Shown here one piece after another: positions 18,942 through 30,203 of a stretch of 64,000 nt of DNA. Position 1 is the first letter of the stretch, and each line of letters opens with the position of its first letter. The DNA comes from a phage. A program made the position numbers and the translations under genes. Under the pieces are notes generated by a model, which was not told the DNA's origin, searched no databases, and saw nothing but the letters and a program-made list of their open reading frames with translations. The stretch lies in sequence record PZ452598.1. The stretch is one strand, 5' to 3'.

Positions 18942-19413
18942 TCGTTTTACCTAAAACAATAGTAGGAGCATCGTCAAATTTATGAATTTTTAGCAAATTT
19001 GGATTTAAATTATTCCATAAAGAGGTAATAAAATATGATAGCGCACTTTCGTCCGTAATTATAAATTTATTTCCTTTATCTATTTTCCAATCATATATTG
19101 AATCATATGAATAGAAGGATAACGGTTTATTATTATAATATGCTTCAGCAACATCAATATAGTTAGATTTAGTAAATGCTTGAATTGCCATAAATGGAGA
19201 ATTTTGTACAGTTTCAATAATTCCGATCTTTTTAAGTTTTATTTCAACATCTTCTGGAATTGGCATTGAAATAAAATCTTCTACTAGATACATATTATTG
19301 TCATATCTTTTATCAATCATTACTGCTACAGTAATTGGAACATCCTTGACAAACGCCATACTAATACTATTGATAGACATTTCAAACAAAATTGCTTCCA
19401 TAATTTTCCTCAA
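18916..19413 (-). CDS. hypothetical protein (161-165 aa), mrh position
   Basis: ORF track; position between modB and soc. Confidence 0.5.
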
Positions 19414-19751
19414 TCACAAGATGTAGATGAACAACTAGAATCACAAGAACTTCCACATGAATCACCTGCCCATACATGAACAGGAACATTAGTATCATAT
19501 GAATCAGAACTAGACTGTGTATTCTGTGTGTTAGATGATGTAGTAGGTGTTGACCAGCGCCAAGGATTTTTATAATATTCTTGGGCTTCTTCATAAGTCA
19601 TAGTAACTGCTTCTACTGTTCCATCTCCCATATAAACATATTCAACTACAGTTAAAGGAAGGTAGTCATTTGAAATAGGAACTACACCTTCCCCAGGAGT
19701 TGTAGAGAAAAAATCCGTAAAGAAACTTTTAAACCAATTAAAGATAAACAT
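19410..19751 (-). CDS. hypothetical protein (113 aa) with Ser/Cys-rich C-terminus
   Basis: ORF track; C-terminal [18 protein letters not shown]. Confidence 0.5.
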
Positions 19752-19957
19752 TACAAAAAGCCTCTTTTGAATTCGACTTGCTTCTCACCATAATCATATC
19801 GAATCTCTGCATTAAATTCGACAGAACCATCTGCGTACATCATAAATGAATGCACAACAACTTCTGTAGACCATGGTTGTAGTTCATATTTCTTCATTAC
19901 ATGTCGTGAAATGATAATATCTAAATCTTCATTTGGTTTAATCCAACGATTTAACAT
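19751..19957 (-). CDS. hypothetical protein (68 aa)
   Basis: ORF track. Confidence 0.5.
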   Translation of the reverse strand: MLNRWIKPNEDLDIIISRHVMKKYELQPWSTEVVVHSFMMYADGSVEFNAEIRYDYGEKQVEFKRGFL

Positions 19958-19981
19958 AGTACTCTCCTCTATAAGATAATT

Positions 19982-20015
19982 CTATTATACCATACTCATT
20001 TTGGAAAGTAAACCA
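19982..20015 (-). promoter_or_regulatory. early promoter (-35 GTTTAC 20008-20013, -10 TATAAT 19984-19989)
   Basis: Perfect GTTTAC, 17 nt, GGTATAAT on minus strand just downstream of the soc terminator. Confidence 0.6.
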
Positions 20016-20021
20016 TTTAAA

Positions 20022-20050
20022 TGAAAAAAGGACTCCCGAAGGAGTCCTTG
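20022..20050 (-). terminator. intrinsic terminator downstream of soc
   Basis: AAGGACUCC-UUCG-GGAGUCCUU hairpin followed by UUUUUU on minus-strand RNA. Confidence 0.65.
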
Positions 20051-20055
20051 AGTTA

Positions 20056-20298
20056 TTAACCAGTTACTTTCCACAAATCTTCATTTGCAGCAATCCATTC
20101 AGTACGTTGATTTTCTTCATATACTGTAGAATATGCTGCTTTTTCTGAAGGGAATGTCTGGTAATGAGCGCCAGAAATTTTGTGAACGTCAGAATAAAGA
20201 GGGAAAGCTACAGAAATTTCCTTTCCTTCAATTTTCTTATTTCCATCTAATTTCTGCTCAAATGTTTTGATATTAACATAACCGCGAGTACTAGCCAT
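20056..20298 (-). CDS. soc: small outer capsid protein Soc (80 aa)
   Basis: 80-aa ORF; sequence recognised as T4 Soc; late promoter upstream. Confidence 0.85.
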   Translation of the reverse strand: MASTRGYVNIKTFEQKLDGNKKIEGKEISVAFPLYSDVHKISGAHYQTFPSEKAAYSTVYEENQRTEWIAANEDLWKVTG

Positions 20299-20327
20299 GT
20301 AATTCTCCTTTATTTAAATTACATGAT

Positions 20328-20335
20328 TATTTATA
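20328..20335 (-). promoter_or_regulatory. late promoter TATAAATA for soc
   Basis: TATAAATA on minus strand about 30 nt upstream of soc ATG, overlapping segF stop. Confidence 0.6.
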
Positions 20336-21020
20336 CATCTTCTTTTCTGAATAAGTAAATTAAATTCTTAAGAGCCGAACTTGTTACATCATATTTTCCT
20401 TTAAGCGCCTTTACAACCGGGCCTGTTGCTGGTTTACCTAAAGAAACCCATAACTCGTGTATTTCGCTTTTAAGTGGTTCATGCCAATGCGGTGCTTTTC
20501 TTTGCGCCCTTGAAGTTCCTTCTGAAATCTTTTTATTTCCGCCATTCGAATAAAACTTTTTCATTACTTCAGATTGCCGAGCTTTTCTTTCTGCCCTATT
20601 TTGGGCTATACGTTGTGAATTCTTCATCCGAGTTTTTGTTTCAGGATTGTTTAATCTAAGTTTATGTTCTAATCGTTGTTGCTCAGTCCATTTTCTTCCT
20701 TCTCCACCCTGACCACCAGGAGAAATATTAATGCAAGTATCTGGGTGTTTACGTTTTAATGCAGATATTAGCTCACGTTCAACTTCATATGATTTTTCTC
20801 TAGAACCATGGCATTTTGACCATCGTATTTTATAATTAAATCCATACTTACGATATATGTTCCATAGTATTTTACCTGAACCCGGATATTTATCATTATA
20901 TGGATTTACAATAAATGATTCATGTTTCCCAGCGTACCAAAAGACGCCTTTCGGCGTCCTAACTTTTACTATATATGTTCTATAAAATTTTTGTTTAATA
21001 TCCATTATCTTGACGTTCAA
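20331..21020 (-). CDS. segF: GIY-YIG homing endonuclease (224-229 aa)
   Basis: GIY-YIG core (YRTYIVKV...GVFWYAGKH); between soc and gene 56 as T4 segF. Confidence 0.8.
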   Translation of the reverse strand: MNVKIMDIKQKFYRTYIVKVRTPKGVFWYAGKHESFIVNPYNDKYPGSGKILWNIYRKYGFNYKIRWSKCHGSREKSYEVERELISALKRKHPDTCINISPGGQGGEGRKWTEQQRLEHKLRLNNPETKTRMKNSQRIAQNRAERKARQSEVMKKFYSNGGNKKISEGTSRAQRKAPHWHEPLKSEIHELWVSLGKPATGPVVKALKGKYDVTSSALKNLIYLFRKEDV

Positions 21021-21525
21021 AATTATGTTTGTTCTTCAGATAATAAAGTTTAAAGATTTCTTCCGCATTCATTCCAAGGCCAACAAACATATTTAATACG
21101 AAATGAAATATATCCACAAGCTCAAATTTAATTTCGAGCTGGTCTTCGGGGGACATTTCATCAATGCGTTTTTCTTGCGCTTCAATATAACGTGCTTTCC
21201 ATTTTTTCCATACAGCAGAAGCTTCTTTTTCACCACGTGACATTTCACCAAGAGAAGTCAGAAGTTCGCGGAATTCATCATCAATACAGTCTTTTTGTTC
21301 ACGCATCCAAGAAACAACATCACCGGCAGTTTCTAATTTATCTGGATGATAGCAGTATTCGCGGACATTAGCCAAACGAATCTGTAAAGACCGCTGCATA
21401 TCAAGCATAACTTGCAGCGGATCTTTTTCATCACCGAGAATATCCCAGTATTCATTTTGAGCTTTATCAACACCTTCGATCAAATGAGCACATTCATTAA
21501 AGTGAGCCATTAGTTTTCCTTTCAA
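20995..21525 (-). CDS. 56: dCTP pyrophosphatase gp56 (MazG-like, about 171 aa)
   Basis: MazG/NTP-PPase-like helical protein; length and position as T4 gp56. Confidence 0.8.
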   Translation of the reverse strand: MKGKLMAHFNECAHLIEGVDKAQNEYWDILGDEKDPLQVMLDMQRSLQIRLANVREYCYHPDKLETAGDVVSWMREQKDCIDDEFRELLTSLGEMSRGEKEASAVWKKWKARYIEAQEKRIDEMSPEDQLEIKFELVDIFHFVLNMFVGLGMNAEEIFKLYYLKNKHNFERQDNGY

Positions 21526-21570
21526 TTCATTAATAAGTTAAATAATTATATCATTTGAGTATGTAAGCAA

Positions 21571-22359
<789 letters not shown>

Positions 22360-22462
22360 TCATTTATTGCAGCAAAAATGAATTATACAATTCTTCATCA
22401 TATGTATTTGATAGTAATACTAACACGTTTTGCGATAAATATTAATTTAAAGGAGGATATAT

Positions 22463-22663
22463 ATGGTACAAAAATTAATGGCACTTGTTAATGCCATAAA
22501 AGGTAATAAGAAACGTATAGCTTTTACTATTTCTGCTATGGTAGGAATTTTACTCTGGAACTTTATTTTATCACCTGTTGCAATTGCACATGGTGTTAAT
22601 ATTCCAGTAGTTACTCTTGATACATTCGTAGATTTAGCATTTGCTTTAGTTGGGTTAATTTAA
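22463..22663 (+). CDS. hypothetical small membrane protein (66 aa) on the plus strand
   Basis: Strong SD AAAGGAGGATATAT-ATG; only plus-strand ORF sitting in otherwise non-coding space (22351..22659); hydrophobic. Confidence 0.5.
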   Translation: MVQKLMALVNAIKGNKKRIAFTISAMVGILLWNFILSPVAIAHGVNIPVVTLDTFVDLAFALVGLI

Positions 22664-23688
22664 ATCTTAGCATATTTAGATAGCCGCATTTTAGCCATTA
22701 ACCCCTGGGCAATATTATTTTTCATATATTCCATAATTTGTTCAGGGGTTGCACCTTCCTTTCTAATCATATCATTAACATCTTTTGATTTCCAGGGAGA
22801 TTTATCCCAAAACATAACCCTTTCTCCTGCATCAACTAATTTAGTCATTCGTTTAATAGTGTCAGGGTGACGAGGTTCATTATCTAAGACCCACACACGT
22901 CTATCTTTAAATGGAACAACTTCTAGGTCTAATTGACCGCCCGTAATAGCTATACCATTTTCAATAAAAAGTGAATCTATAGGTCCTTCTAGAACATATA
23001 CATCACCATCTTTAACTCGTTCGACTCCATAGATTTTTGTTGCCTCAGGATAAGCTTTGATGGTGATATATTTTTGAGGAGCATCTTTCTTTAATGCACG
23101 TCCTTGAAAAGACTCAGCTTTTCCATTAGCATTATAAATTGGAATAACAAGACGAGGCTCAGAAATTTCCTTTTTGTATGTTCCCGGTGCTATGCTATTA
23201 ACTAATTTAGGCCATTCGGTTGTAAACCAAAGATATTTCCATTTATCCTTTGGAATACAACGAGCTTTTACGTATTTTATAATTGGATGGTCTTCCGCCA
23301 GTTTATCTAATCTAACACATGACGGAAGAGATTTAATTATTTTCTTCTCGGGTTGTTTAGGAAGTTCTTTAGGTTTTTCTATTGGACGACTTTTACCTTT
23401 TTCTTTTCTTATTTCAAAGATATACTCACGATATAAATCGGGTTCAAACTCCTTTAAATATATTCCGATTGGTGCATGATAGTTACAGTTATAACAATGA
23501 ATATTTCCTTCATTATTATCACCATAATACCATCCACGGGCTTTATTCTGGTCGGTTTTTGAATCTCCACAAACAGGGCATCTAAACCGTAATTTAAAAG
23601 TTGAACTATTATTTACTTGTGTGAATTTAGGTAAATGAGCTAATGCACGGTATGCAAACTCATTATCAATCCAAGGTATTGATGACAT
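22660..23688 (-). CDS. 61: DNA primase gp61 (342 aa)
   Basis: Zinc-ribbon CPVCGDS...CYNC plus Toprim-like core; 342 aa as T4 gp61. Confidence 0.9.
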   Translation of the reverse strand: MSSIPWIDNEFAYRALAHLPKFTQVNNSSTFKLRFRCPVCGDSKTDQNKARGWYYGDNNEGNIHCYNCNYHAPIGIYLKEFEPDLYREYIFEIRKEKGKSRPIEKPKELPKQPEKKIIKSLPSCVRLDKLAEDHPIIKYVKARCIPKDKWKYLWFTTEWPKLVNSIAPGTYKKEISEPRLVIPIYNANGKAESFQGRALKKDAPQKYITIKAYPEATKIYGVERVKDGDVYVLEGPIDSLFIENGIAITGGQLDLEVVPFKDRRVWVLDNEPRHPDTIKRMTKLVDAGERVMFWDKSPWKSKDVNDMIRKEGATPEQIMEYMKNNIAQGLMAKMRLSKYAKI

Positions 23689-23690
23689 TT

Positions 23691-23855
23691 TTACTCTTCT
23701 TTTTCTTTAGATTCCTCTTTTTTCTTTTTAGGAATCTGTTCAGGACCTTTATTTACTACAGCGCCTGATGTTGTTCCAGTAGAGATATTTTCAGGATTAC
23801 CACCTGAATCTCCAGCGACCATATCTTCTTTGATAAATTCTTTAAATGTTTTCAT
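23691..23855 (-). CDS. small acidic protein (54 aa)
   Basis: Manual translation MKTFKEFIKEDMVAGDSGGNPEN...; abuts gene 61 start. Confidence 0.45.
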   Translation of the reverse strand: MKTFKEFIKEDMVAGDSGGNPENISTGTTSGAVVNKGPEQIPKKKKEESKEKEE

Positions 23856-23856
23856 A

Positions 23857-24483
23857 TTAACCTCTATTCATAAAAGCATTAAAAATTTGGTCATCAATAG
23901 AAACATTTACTTTAGGCTGTTTTTCAGATGGCAATTCATATCCACATATTACAATTTTATGATCAATATCAAAATACACAGAAGCAATATGATTAATGAT
24001 ATTTTCAGTAAAGTCTAAATCAACATCAATATCTTTTTGACCAAAGCCCAAAGGATAAATAATGCGAGTAATTCGATTATCTTTAACAAAGATTCCACCG
24101 ACATACTCTGTGCTGCGTTTAAAGTCTACACGCCGACGAAATGAAAAATATTCAGGCTCTTTATGAGCTCGGCTCATAGGACACAACGAATAACTAGAAT
24201 AAGAGATGTCAAATCCTACGCCTTCAATATGAACTAAATTGTCATGATTAAACCAATTATAATCATATGCCAAGTCCATTAGATTGTCATATGTGAAAGG
24301 CACCGGATTAACATCATTGGTCACAAGCATATAATTAGCAACTGCTATAATTTCATTATTTTTAACGAATACAAACCGTGATTGATGCGAATGGCCTGGA
24401 CCTGCGTTTTCACGATTAATGATATAACACTGGGCACCTTTATATTTGTACGTGTCTTTACACTTGTGCATTTGATAAAGCAT
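23857..24483 (-). CDS. hypothetical protein (208 aa)
   Basis: ORF track. Confidence 0.6.
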   Translation of the reverse strand: MLYQMHKCKDTYKYKGAQCYIINRENAGPGHSHQSRFVFVKNNEIIAVANYMLVTNDVNPVPFTYDNLMDLAYDYNWFNHDNLVHIEGVGFDISYSSYSLCPMSRAHKEPEYFSFRRRVDFKRSTEYVGGIFVKDNRITRIIYPLGFGQKDIDVDLDFTENIINHIASVYFDIDHKIVICGYELPSEKQPKVNVSIDDQIFNAFMNRG

Positions 24484-24776
24484 TATTCACCTACCACTTC
24501 AGCGATGATATTTTTGTTATTAAAGTTTTTATCGCAATACAGAACATAATTATACTGCATTACACCACCAGACTTAAGCTGTTTTTGCACTTCAGCTTTC
24601 ATTTCAGGACGATCACGCTTAACGATATTCATAATATCTGCTTCAATTTGAGTTTCAACCTCAGTCTGATCCGCAGTCATAGACCATTCGCACAAATCTT
24701 TATCATAACCTGCCATAGCAGGCTGAGCAGCACAAGAAGCTAAAGCAAAAATTGTAGCAAAGATGAATTTTTTCAT
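24483..24776 (-). CDS. sp: Spackle-like periplasmic protein (97 aa)
   Basis: Signal peptide MKKFIFATIFALASCAAQPAMA; 97 aa at T4 sp position. Confidence 0.7.
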   Translation of the reverse strand: MKKFIFATIFALASCAAQPAMAGYDKDLCEWSMTADQTEVETQIEADIMNIVKRDRPEMKAEVQKQLKSGGVMQYNYVLYCDKNFNNKNIIAEVVGE

Positions 24777-24799
24777 GATAATCTCCTCAGTAGTTTATG

Positions 24800-24836
24800 T
24801 TTATATAGTATCTCAATTTCCAACAAAAGTAAACAG
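24800..24836 (-). promoter_or_regulatory. early promoter (-35 GTTTAC 24829-24834)
   Basis: GTTTAC, 17 nt, TACTATATA on minus strand upstream of sp. Confidence 0.5.
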
Positions 24837-25136
24837 TTATTTTAAAATTTCTGCGTAATCACATGTTACAAACTGTTTCTCTAACTTGACGATTTTACGA
24901 AAGTATCTTTTGCATTGGCGAATCTGCCTCTTCGTAGGGCGAACAGCAAACTTAATAAATTCCACTCGACCAAATGGAGGGCTTTCTTCTGCTGGAATAT
25001 CTAACACCAATTCCCACGTATCTGCAATAAGTGCTTTGAATTGCGTATTTTTCCTGACGTTATACGGAGTAGGTTTAAATAAAACAATATGCATATTATC
25101 CTCGGCAATCCACTTCACATACTTTCTTGTCATCAA
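24837..25136 (-). CDS. hypothetical protein (99 aa)
   Basis: ORF track. Confidence 0.5.
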   Translation of the reverse strand: MMTRKYVKWIAEDNMHIVLFKPTPYNVRKNTQFKALIADTWELVLDIPAEESPPFGRVEFIKFAVRPTKRQIRQCKRYFRKIVKLEKQFVTCDYAEILK

Positions 25137-25278
25137 TGAAAGCTTTAACTAATGCTTTATTAACTTCAGCATATTGAGTAGTAGCCCATTGAACGTCATC
25201 TTTCATCATTGTGATTTCTTTAGTAAACATGCTTTCATTCTTAAACCACCCCATAAAAACTACCTTTACCAATTCCAT
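25096..25278 (-). CDS. dmd: Dmd-like protein (60 aa)
   Basis: 60-aa ORF immediately downstream of gene 41 as T4 dmd. Confidence 0.6.
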   Translation of the reverse strand: MELVKVVFMGWFKNESMFTKEITMMKDDVQWATTQYAEVNKALVKAFIDDKKVCEVDCRG

Positions 25279-25305
25279 AACAATCTCCTCATTTAACCGA
25301 CAAGA

Positions 25306-25338
25306 CTACTATACCATAGTCTTGTCAGCTTGTAAACT
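25306..25338 (-). promoter_or_regulatory. early promoter (-35 GTTTAC 25332-25337)
   Basis: GTTTAC overlapping gene 41 stop, -10-like GGTATAGT. Confidence 0.45.
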
Positions 25339-26764
25339 AAAATTTTAATTCATTCGCCAAAGCATCTAACTGAGCTCGAGTCGATTCATTTCTTTGATAG
25401 CGATTCTGCTCAGCCTGAATCTGTTGTGAACCTGCTACTTCGTTCACTTCAGTTGGAGTAGAATCTTGTTCAATTTCTACCCATTTTTGATTTCCTTTTT
25501 GAACACCCATCAAAAACTTATTCCACTTATTCTTATCACCATATCGTGATTTGATTTGCTTAATGAGTTGTTGTTCAGCAGCTGCTAGCTCCTCGGTTTC
25601 AATGACCGCAAGCATAAAATCGGCTGTTGCTGGAAGACCGGCAGATTCTGCAATATCGCTCATGTTAACATCGGAAGAGTCCCAAGCTTGTTTACCAACC
25701 TGTGCTGCAGTCCAAAGAACAGTTTCGGTTTCAACAGCCAGAGCACGTAATTCCTCTGCAATAGCTTTAACAGTTGTGTAACTATTTTCTGAATAAACTC
25801 TAATGCGGCAAGATTTACAAATACCTAGATAGTCGACAATAATGATTGTTGGAACAAAATTCTTCTTGAGCTTCAATTCGTTTAAAAGTGATCGAAATGT
25901 ATTAGCGTCTGCTCCACCAGTAGGATACTGTTTAACGATTAAACGACCAAGAGTAGATTTCTCACGCCATTTTTCCATTTTTCCTTTATACTCAGCGTAA
26001 GAAATATGCCCATCATCAATGTCATCAAGAGAAACATCAAGCATATTAGCGTCAATACGTTTAGCACAGACTTCTTCTGCCATTTCCATGGAAATGTAAA
26101 GAACATTATGTCCGAGCTGTAAATAATCTGCCGCTAATGAACACAATCCTAATGATTTACCAACGTTAACGCCAGCCATTAAAACGTTCAGTGTTCCAGT
26201 TTCAGCTCCGCCTTTCGTAATTTTGTTCAGAATTCTGAGTTTAAATGGAACCTTACGAGCTTTATTCATATAAGATAGCCAACGTGCTTCGTAGTCATCC
26301 ATCCAATCATGACCAACGTAACTATCAAATGAAATTGATAATGCCTGGCGCATGATGTCAGGAATAGCACCAACATCCGGCATTTTCTTATTTCGTTTTT
26401 CCGGAGGAAGCTCAGCATTAGTTTGAATTTCGATTATTTTAGACGTAGCATTAAACATCGCCCTTTGCTGAACATATTTTTCTGTTTCTTTTACTAACCA
26501 GCTGTGGTCTTCCGGAGAATCAGCCAGTTTTGAAATAAGTGTTTTTACACCAGAATATTCTGTTTCAGTAAATGAACTATTTTCTAATGCAACATTTAAC
26601 GCATTAATAGATGGAACGCTATGGTACTCATTAACATGAGATTTAATTAATTTGAATGTATTTTTAGCTGGACCACTTTCAAAATATTCTGAATCCATAT
26701 ATGGCCAAACTTTTGAAAAATAAGCTTGATCAAATATGAGATGAGAAAGAATAATTTCTACCAC
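25337..26764 (-). CDS. 41: replicative DNA helicase gp41 (DnaB-like, 475 aa)
   Basis: Walker A GVNVGKS and DnaB-family organisation; 475 aa. Confidence 0.9.
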   Translation of the reverse strand: MVEIILSHLIFDQAYFSKVWPYMDSEYFESGPAKNTFKLIKSHVNEYHSVPSINALNVALENSSFTETEYSGVKTLISKLADSPEDHSWLVKETEKYVQQRAMFNATSKIIEIQTNAELPPEKRNKKMPDVGAIPDIMRQALSISFDSYVGHDWMDDYEARWLSYMNKARKVPFKLRILNKITKGGAETGTLNVLMAGVNVGKSLGLCSLAADYLQLGHNVLYISMEMAEEVCAKRIDANMLDVSLDDIDDGHISYAEYKGKMEKWREKSTLGRLIVKQYPTGGADANTFRSLLNELKLKKNFVPTIIIVDYLGICKSCRIRVYSENSYTTVKAIAEELRALAVETETVLWTAAQVGKQAWDSSDVNMSDIAESAGLPATADFMLAVIETEELAAAEQQLIKQIKSRYGDKNKWNKFLMGVQKGNQKWVEIEQDSTPTEVNEVAGSQQIQAEQNRYQRNESTRAQLDALANELKF

Positions 26765-26773
26765 ACTTACTCC

Positions 26774-27136
26774 TTAAAAGAATTTAAATTTTTTCTTTGA
26801 CCTTTTATTAAATGCATCTTGCAGTTGCATTGTAATACATTTTTCTACATGAGGAGCTAACTCAGCTTTTCTTTCTTGGTCAAGAACAGCAAAGTCCATT
26901 ACAACCTTTCCATCAACCCAATCCAGTTTAGTTACATACACTATATGCGTAGAACCATCTTCTAGTTTAATGACAATCTCCTGGATAACATTTTCCATAG
27001 CAGATTTAATTATCTTAAGAGACTCATTAAAAAGACGTTCTTTTCTTTCTTCTTCCCCCTCCGAAGAGGGGGATTCATCGATAATTTCTAGATCTAAATC
27101 TAAATCATCTTTATTCATTAAATTCTTCCATATCAC
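26774..27136 (-). CDS. hypothetical protein (120 aa), gene 40 position
   Basis: ORF track; between 41 and uvsX. Confidence 0.5.
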   Translation of the reverse strand: MIWKNLMNKDDLDLDLEIIDESPSSEGEEERKERLFNESLKIIKSAMENVIQEIVIKLEDGSTHIVYVTKLDWVDGKVVMDFAVLDQERKAELAPHVEKCITMQLQDAFNKRSKKKFKFF

Positions 27137-28286
27137 TTAGCTGTTCGAGGTCAGTTTCTAAATCAGCAGCTGATTTACTTTTACTTTCTGGAGATTTAAA
27201 TTTTTCAACCTTTGAGTTAATCAATTCATCAACTTCAGCTTCAACAATTTCATTACTATCAATAGCACCTAACTGATAAGCACGTTTAATAGCATCTCGG
27301 AATGGTTGATGCTTAAATAAAGGACCCCAGAATGTAGTGCAGTTGGTATCTTTTGCACGCCAAGATTTTTCTTCGCGAATCATCTCGCCAGTTTCTTCGT
27401 CAAGAAATTCACGAGCATACCAGCCATTTTTAGGTTTTACCACGAATCCTAATTCTAGAGCCATATCTAACAATCCAGAATAAGGATCGATACCACCGTC
27501 AAATTTAACATCAATAAAGAATTTACTTTTTTCTTTAACGGTACGAGATTTTTCTACATTTAGAACAAATTGATACCCCTGAAGATCAGAACCATCTTTA
27601 ATCTGGCGTTTACCGATAATGAATACGGTATCAGCCGAATACATCGGTCCAGTACCACCTCCCATAACTGTTTTACTAAACATTTCTTGTGTTTCGTATG
27701 TATGGTTAATAGCAATACATGGAATATTTTTAGTACTAAAATAGGGAGTTACGATACGAAATAAGCTTTTCATTGTTTTAGCTCTAGTCATATCACTAAC
27801 AACTTTTTCATTTAAAGCATCTTCAGTTTCTTTCTTAGAAGCTAAGTTACCAAGTGAATCGATAAAAACGACTACCTTTTCGCCGCGTTCAATTGCATCC
27901 AATTGATTAACCATGTCAATACGTAATTGCTCAAGTGATTGAACCGGAGTATGAATTACTCGTTCTGGATCGACTCCCATAGACCGCAAATAAGCAGGAG
28001 TAATACCAAATTCACTATCATAAAACAAACATACTGCATCAGGATATTGACGCATGTAAGATGACACCATTGTTAATCCAAAGTTTGATTTAAATGATTT
28101 TGATGGACCTGCCAAAATTAACAGACCAGATTGCATACCACCAGTAATTTCACCAGAAAGTGCAATATTCATCATAGGAATTTTTGTTCGAACTACATCT
28201 TTTTCATTAAAGAATTTAGATGCTGTTAATTCTGCAGTCAATTTAGAAGTAGAAGCTTTAATCAAACGAGATTTTAAATCAGACAT
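27111..28286 (-). CDS. uvsX: UvsX recombinase (RecA-like, 391 aa)
   Basis: RecA-fold Walker A GPSKSFKS; 391 aa as T4 UvsX. Confidence 0.9.
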   Translation of the reverse strand: MSDLKSRLIKASTSKLTAELTASKFFNEKDVVRTKIPMMNIALSGEITGGMQSGLLILAGPSKSFKSNFGLTMVSSYMRQYPDAVCLFYDSEFGITPAYLRSMGVDPERVIHTPVQSLEQLRIDMVNQLDAIERGEKVVVFIDSLGNLASKKETEDALNEKVVSDMTRAKTMKSLFRIVTPYFSTKNIPCIAINHTYETQEMFSKTVMGGGTGPMYSADTVFIIGKRQIKDGSDLQGYQFVLNVEKSRTVKEKSKFFIDVKFDGGIDPYSGLLDMALELGFVVKPKNGWYAREFLDEETGEMIREEKSWRAKDTNCTTFWGPLFKHQPFRDAIKRAYQLGAIDSNEIVEAEVDELINSKVEKFKSPESKSKSAADLETDLEQLSDMEEFNE

Positions 28287-28294
28287 ATAATACC

Positions 28295-28972
28295 TTATAG
28301 TAGTGTTCTTGTTCCACGAAATACTTCGAGCATTCTTGCATAAGATTTATTTGGAAATCCAGCTTCAATTGCTAATTTTTTAAGCTTAATAGCACCGGGT
28401 TTTCCAGAGTTTTCCCATATTTCTTTAATCTTTTCAATGTTATCCCACATTATTGGGTCACGTTTATGTGATGGTTTATTTCTATTATAACCATATGGAT
28501 TATTAAGCAAAGCTTCTTTTCGTTTTGCTTTAGTTTCTTCTGACTGCTTTTTGCCTAGCTGGGCTTTCCGGCAAACATCACTAAATCCAAGATGTTTTGG
28601 TTTTCCTTTTTGAGCTTTTGAAATTTTTTCTTTGGTTTCTGATGAAACTCTATAACCAATTCTTCTACGACCCTCTCCACCAATTTTTAAATTATAAGTC
28701 ATAGGATCATTTACCACATCTATTGTTACTAATTCTCTTTCAGCATCACGGGCTGATTTAAAATCTTTATAAAACCCAAGAATGCTTAAATTAAAATTTT
28801 TCTTACCATACTTTTTCTTGGCTTGTGCTAATAAAGTTCCTGATCCCATATAACCATCATTTAAATCATCGGTTGAATGAGTTCCATAGTAAATTTTATT
28901 ATTAACTAAATTAGTTATAACATAAGTATAATTATATTTCTTTTCTTTATGTCTTTTCATGTCATTAATCAA
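28295..28972 (-). CDS. segA: GIY-YIG homing endonuclease (221-225 aa)
   Basis: GIY-YIG motif YNYTYVITNLVNNKIYYG; between uvsX and beta-gt. Confidence 0.8.
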   Translation of the reverse strand: MINDMKRHKEKKYNYTYVITNLVNNKIYYGTHSTDDLNDGYMGSGTLLAQAKKKYGKKNFNLSILGFYKDFKSARDAERELVTIDVVNDPMTYNLKIGGEGRRRIGYRVSSETKEKISKAQKGKPKHLGFSDVCRKAQLGKKQSEETKAKRKEALLNNPYGYNRNKPSHKRDPIMWDNIEKIKEIWENSGKPGAIKLKKLAIEAGFPNKSYARMLEVFRGTRTLL

Positions 28973-29124
28973 CTGCTATTCGATGAACTTCTCTCTTTTC
29001 TAATCAATATAACAAAAGAAGTCCCAAAAAGCAAACAGACCTAAACCGATAATAAGCAATAAAGGTCCTAACATTTATTCCACCGGTTAAAGATAAATAA
29101 CTTTCTAATAATAGTTCATAATTT

Positions 29125-30180
29125 TTATAAATCAATAGCTTTTTTGAACGCATCTTGCCATTCGGCTTTCTTTGCACGGGTTTTATTTAAAATATCATGT
29201 TGAATAGAAAGCATCTCTTTACGCAAAACATCACTGTGTTTTAACTCATTGACTCTATCAATGAGTTCAGCACGATTATTTACATAAAAACGAGCATCAT
29301 TAATAATTCGATGTTTGGTATCAAATTCTTCGTCAATTAGCATCACTGCATCAGATGCCATTGTTTCCCAGACGCGTAAGGTAATAAAGTTGTCATTATA
29401 ATTCTTGTCACCAATAATTAATGCAGCAATAGCTTGACTATTCTTTTCAGATACCATGTTCATAGGAATTTTTCCAGTGAACACCGGAGCTTTGGTCCAA
29501 GGATATTTAGGATTTTTAAACTGTTTTTCTCGTGCATTGCCAAAAAACTCAATATTTAAACCGGTGTCAAATAAGAATTCTACCATCTTGGATTCGCGTT
29601 GACCGGACCGAAATGAACCGCCATAAATAACATCCAAAGTTTTCTTGGTAGGCTTAGATAATTGAAAATCGTTCATATGAATTTTATATTGTTCAATAGG
29701 AAAATATTCAAATTCAATAACATTATCAACTTTCTTATGCGCAGCCTTAGCAATGTCTAAATTTATACCTTGGGAAATCACTTTAATTGGTGATTTAATT
29801 AATAGCTCTTCTTCAGTGTACAAATATGCCCATGGTCTATTTTTAACATTTGGCCAAGACTGCGAAAACGGCAAACGTATATCTGTAAATAAATAATAAA
29901 TTTTACTTTTGTATTTTGCCATAAATTTTTGCGCAGATAAAATTGCTAAATTAGGTTTACCGCCAAAAAAGTTAATAGAAGAATTAACAACTATCAAACG
30001 GTCATAATCATTAACATCTACTTCATCAAAAGATTTAGTGTAAACACCATTTTTAAGAGAAATAATGTCGACATTAAGACCCATTTCAGAAATAACTTTA
30101 AAAAGATAAATAGTTTCAGAAGATGGAACAGTTTTAAAATTAATAACATTATTACCCATATTAATTATAGCAATTTTCAT
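29125..30180 (-). CDS. bgt: DNA beta-glucosyltransferase (351 aa)
   Basis: 351-aa ORF at T4 beta-gt position; sequence recognised. Confidence 0.8.
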   Translation of the reverse strand: MKIAIINMGNNVINFKTVPSSETIYLFKVISEMGLNVDIISLKNGVYTKSFDEVDVNDYDRLIVVNSSINFFGGKPNLAILSAQKFMAKYKSKIYYLFTDIRLPFSQSWPNVKNRPWAYLYTEEELLIKSPIKVISQGINLDIAKAAHKKVDNVIEFEYFPIEQYKIHMNDFQLSKPTKKTLDVIYGGSFRSGQRESKMVEFLFDTGLNIEFFGNAREKQFKNPKYPWTKAPVFTGKIPMNMVSEKNSQAIAALIIGDKNYNDNFITLRVWETMASDAVMLIDEEFDTKHRIINDARFYVNNRAELIDRVNELKHSDVLRKEMLSIQHDILNKTRAKKAEWQDAFKKAIDL

Positions 30181-30203
30181 ATTATTCCTTTTATGTTAAA
30201 CGA

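Noticed and set aside
19382-19594. 70-aa minus-strand ORF rich in His/Leu/Val
   Set aside because: Overlaps two adjacent better-supported ORFs in a different frame and has repetitive low-complexity composition from the Ser/Cys-rich coding repeat on the other frame.
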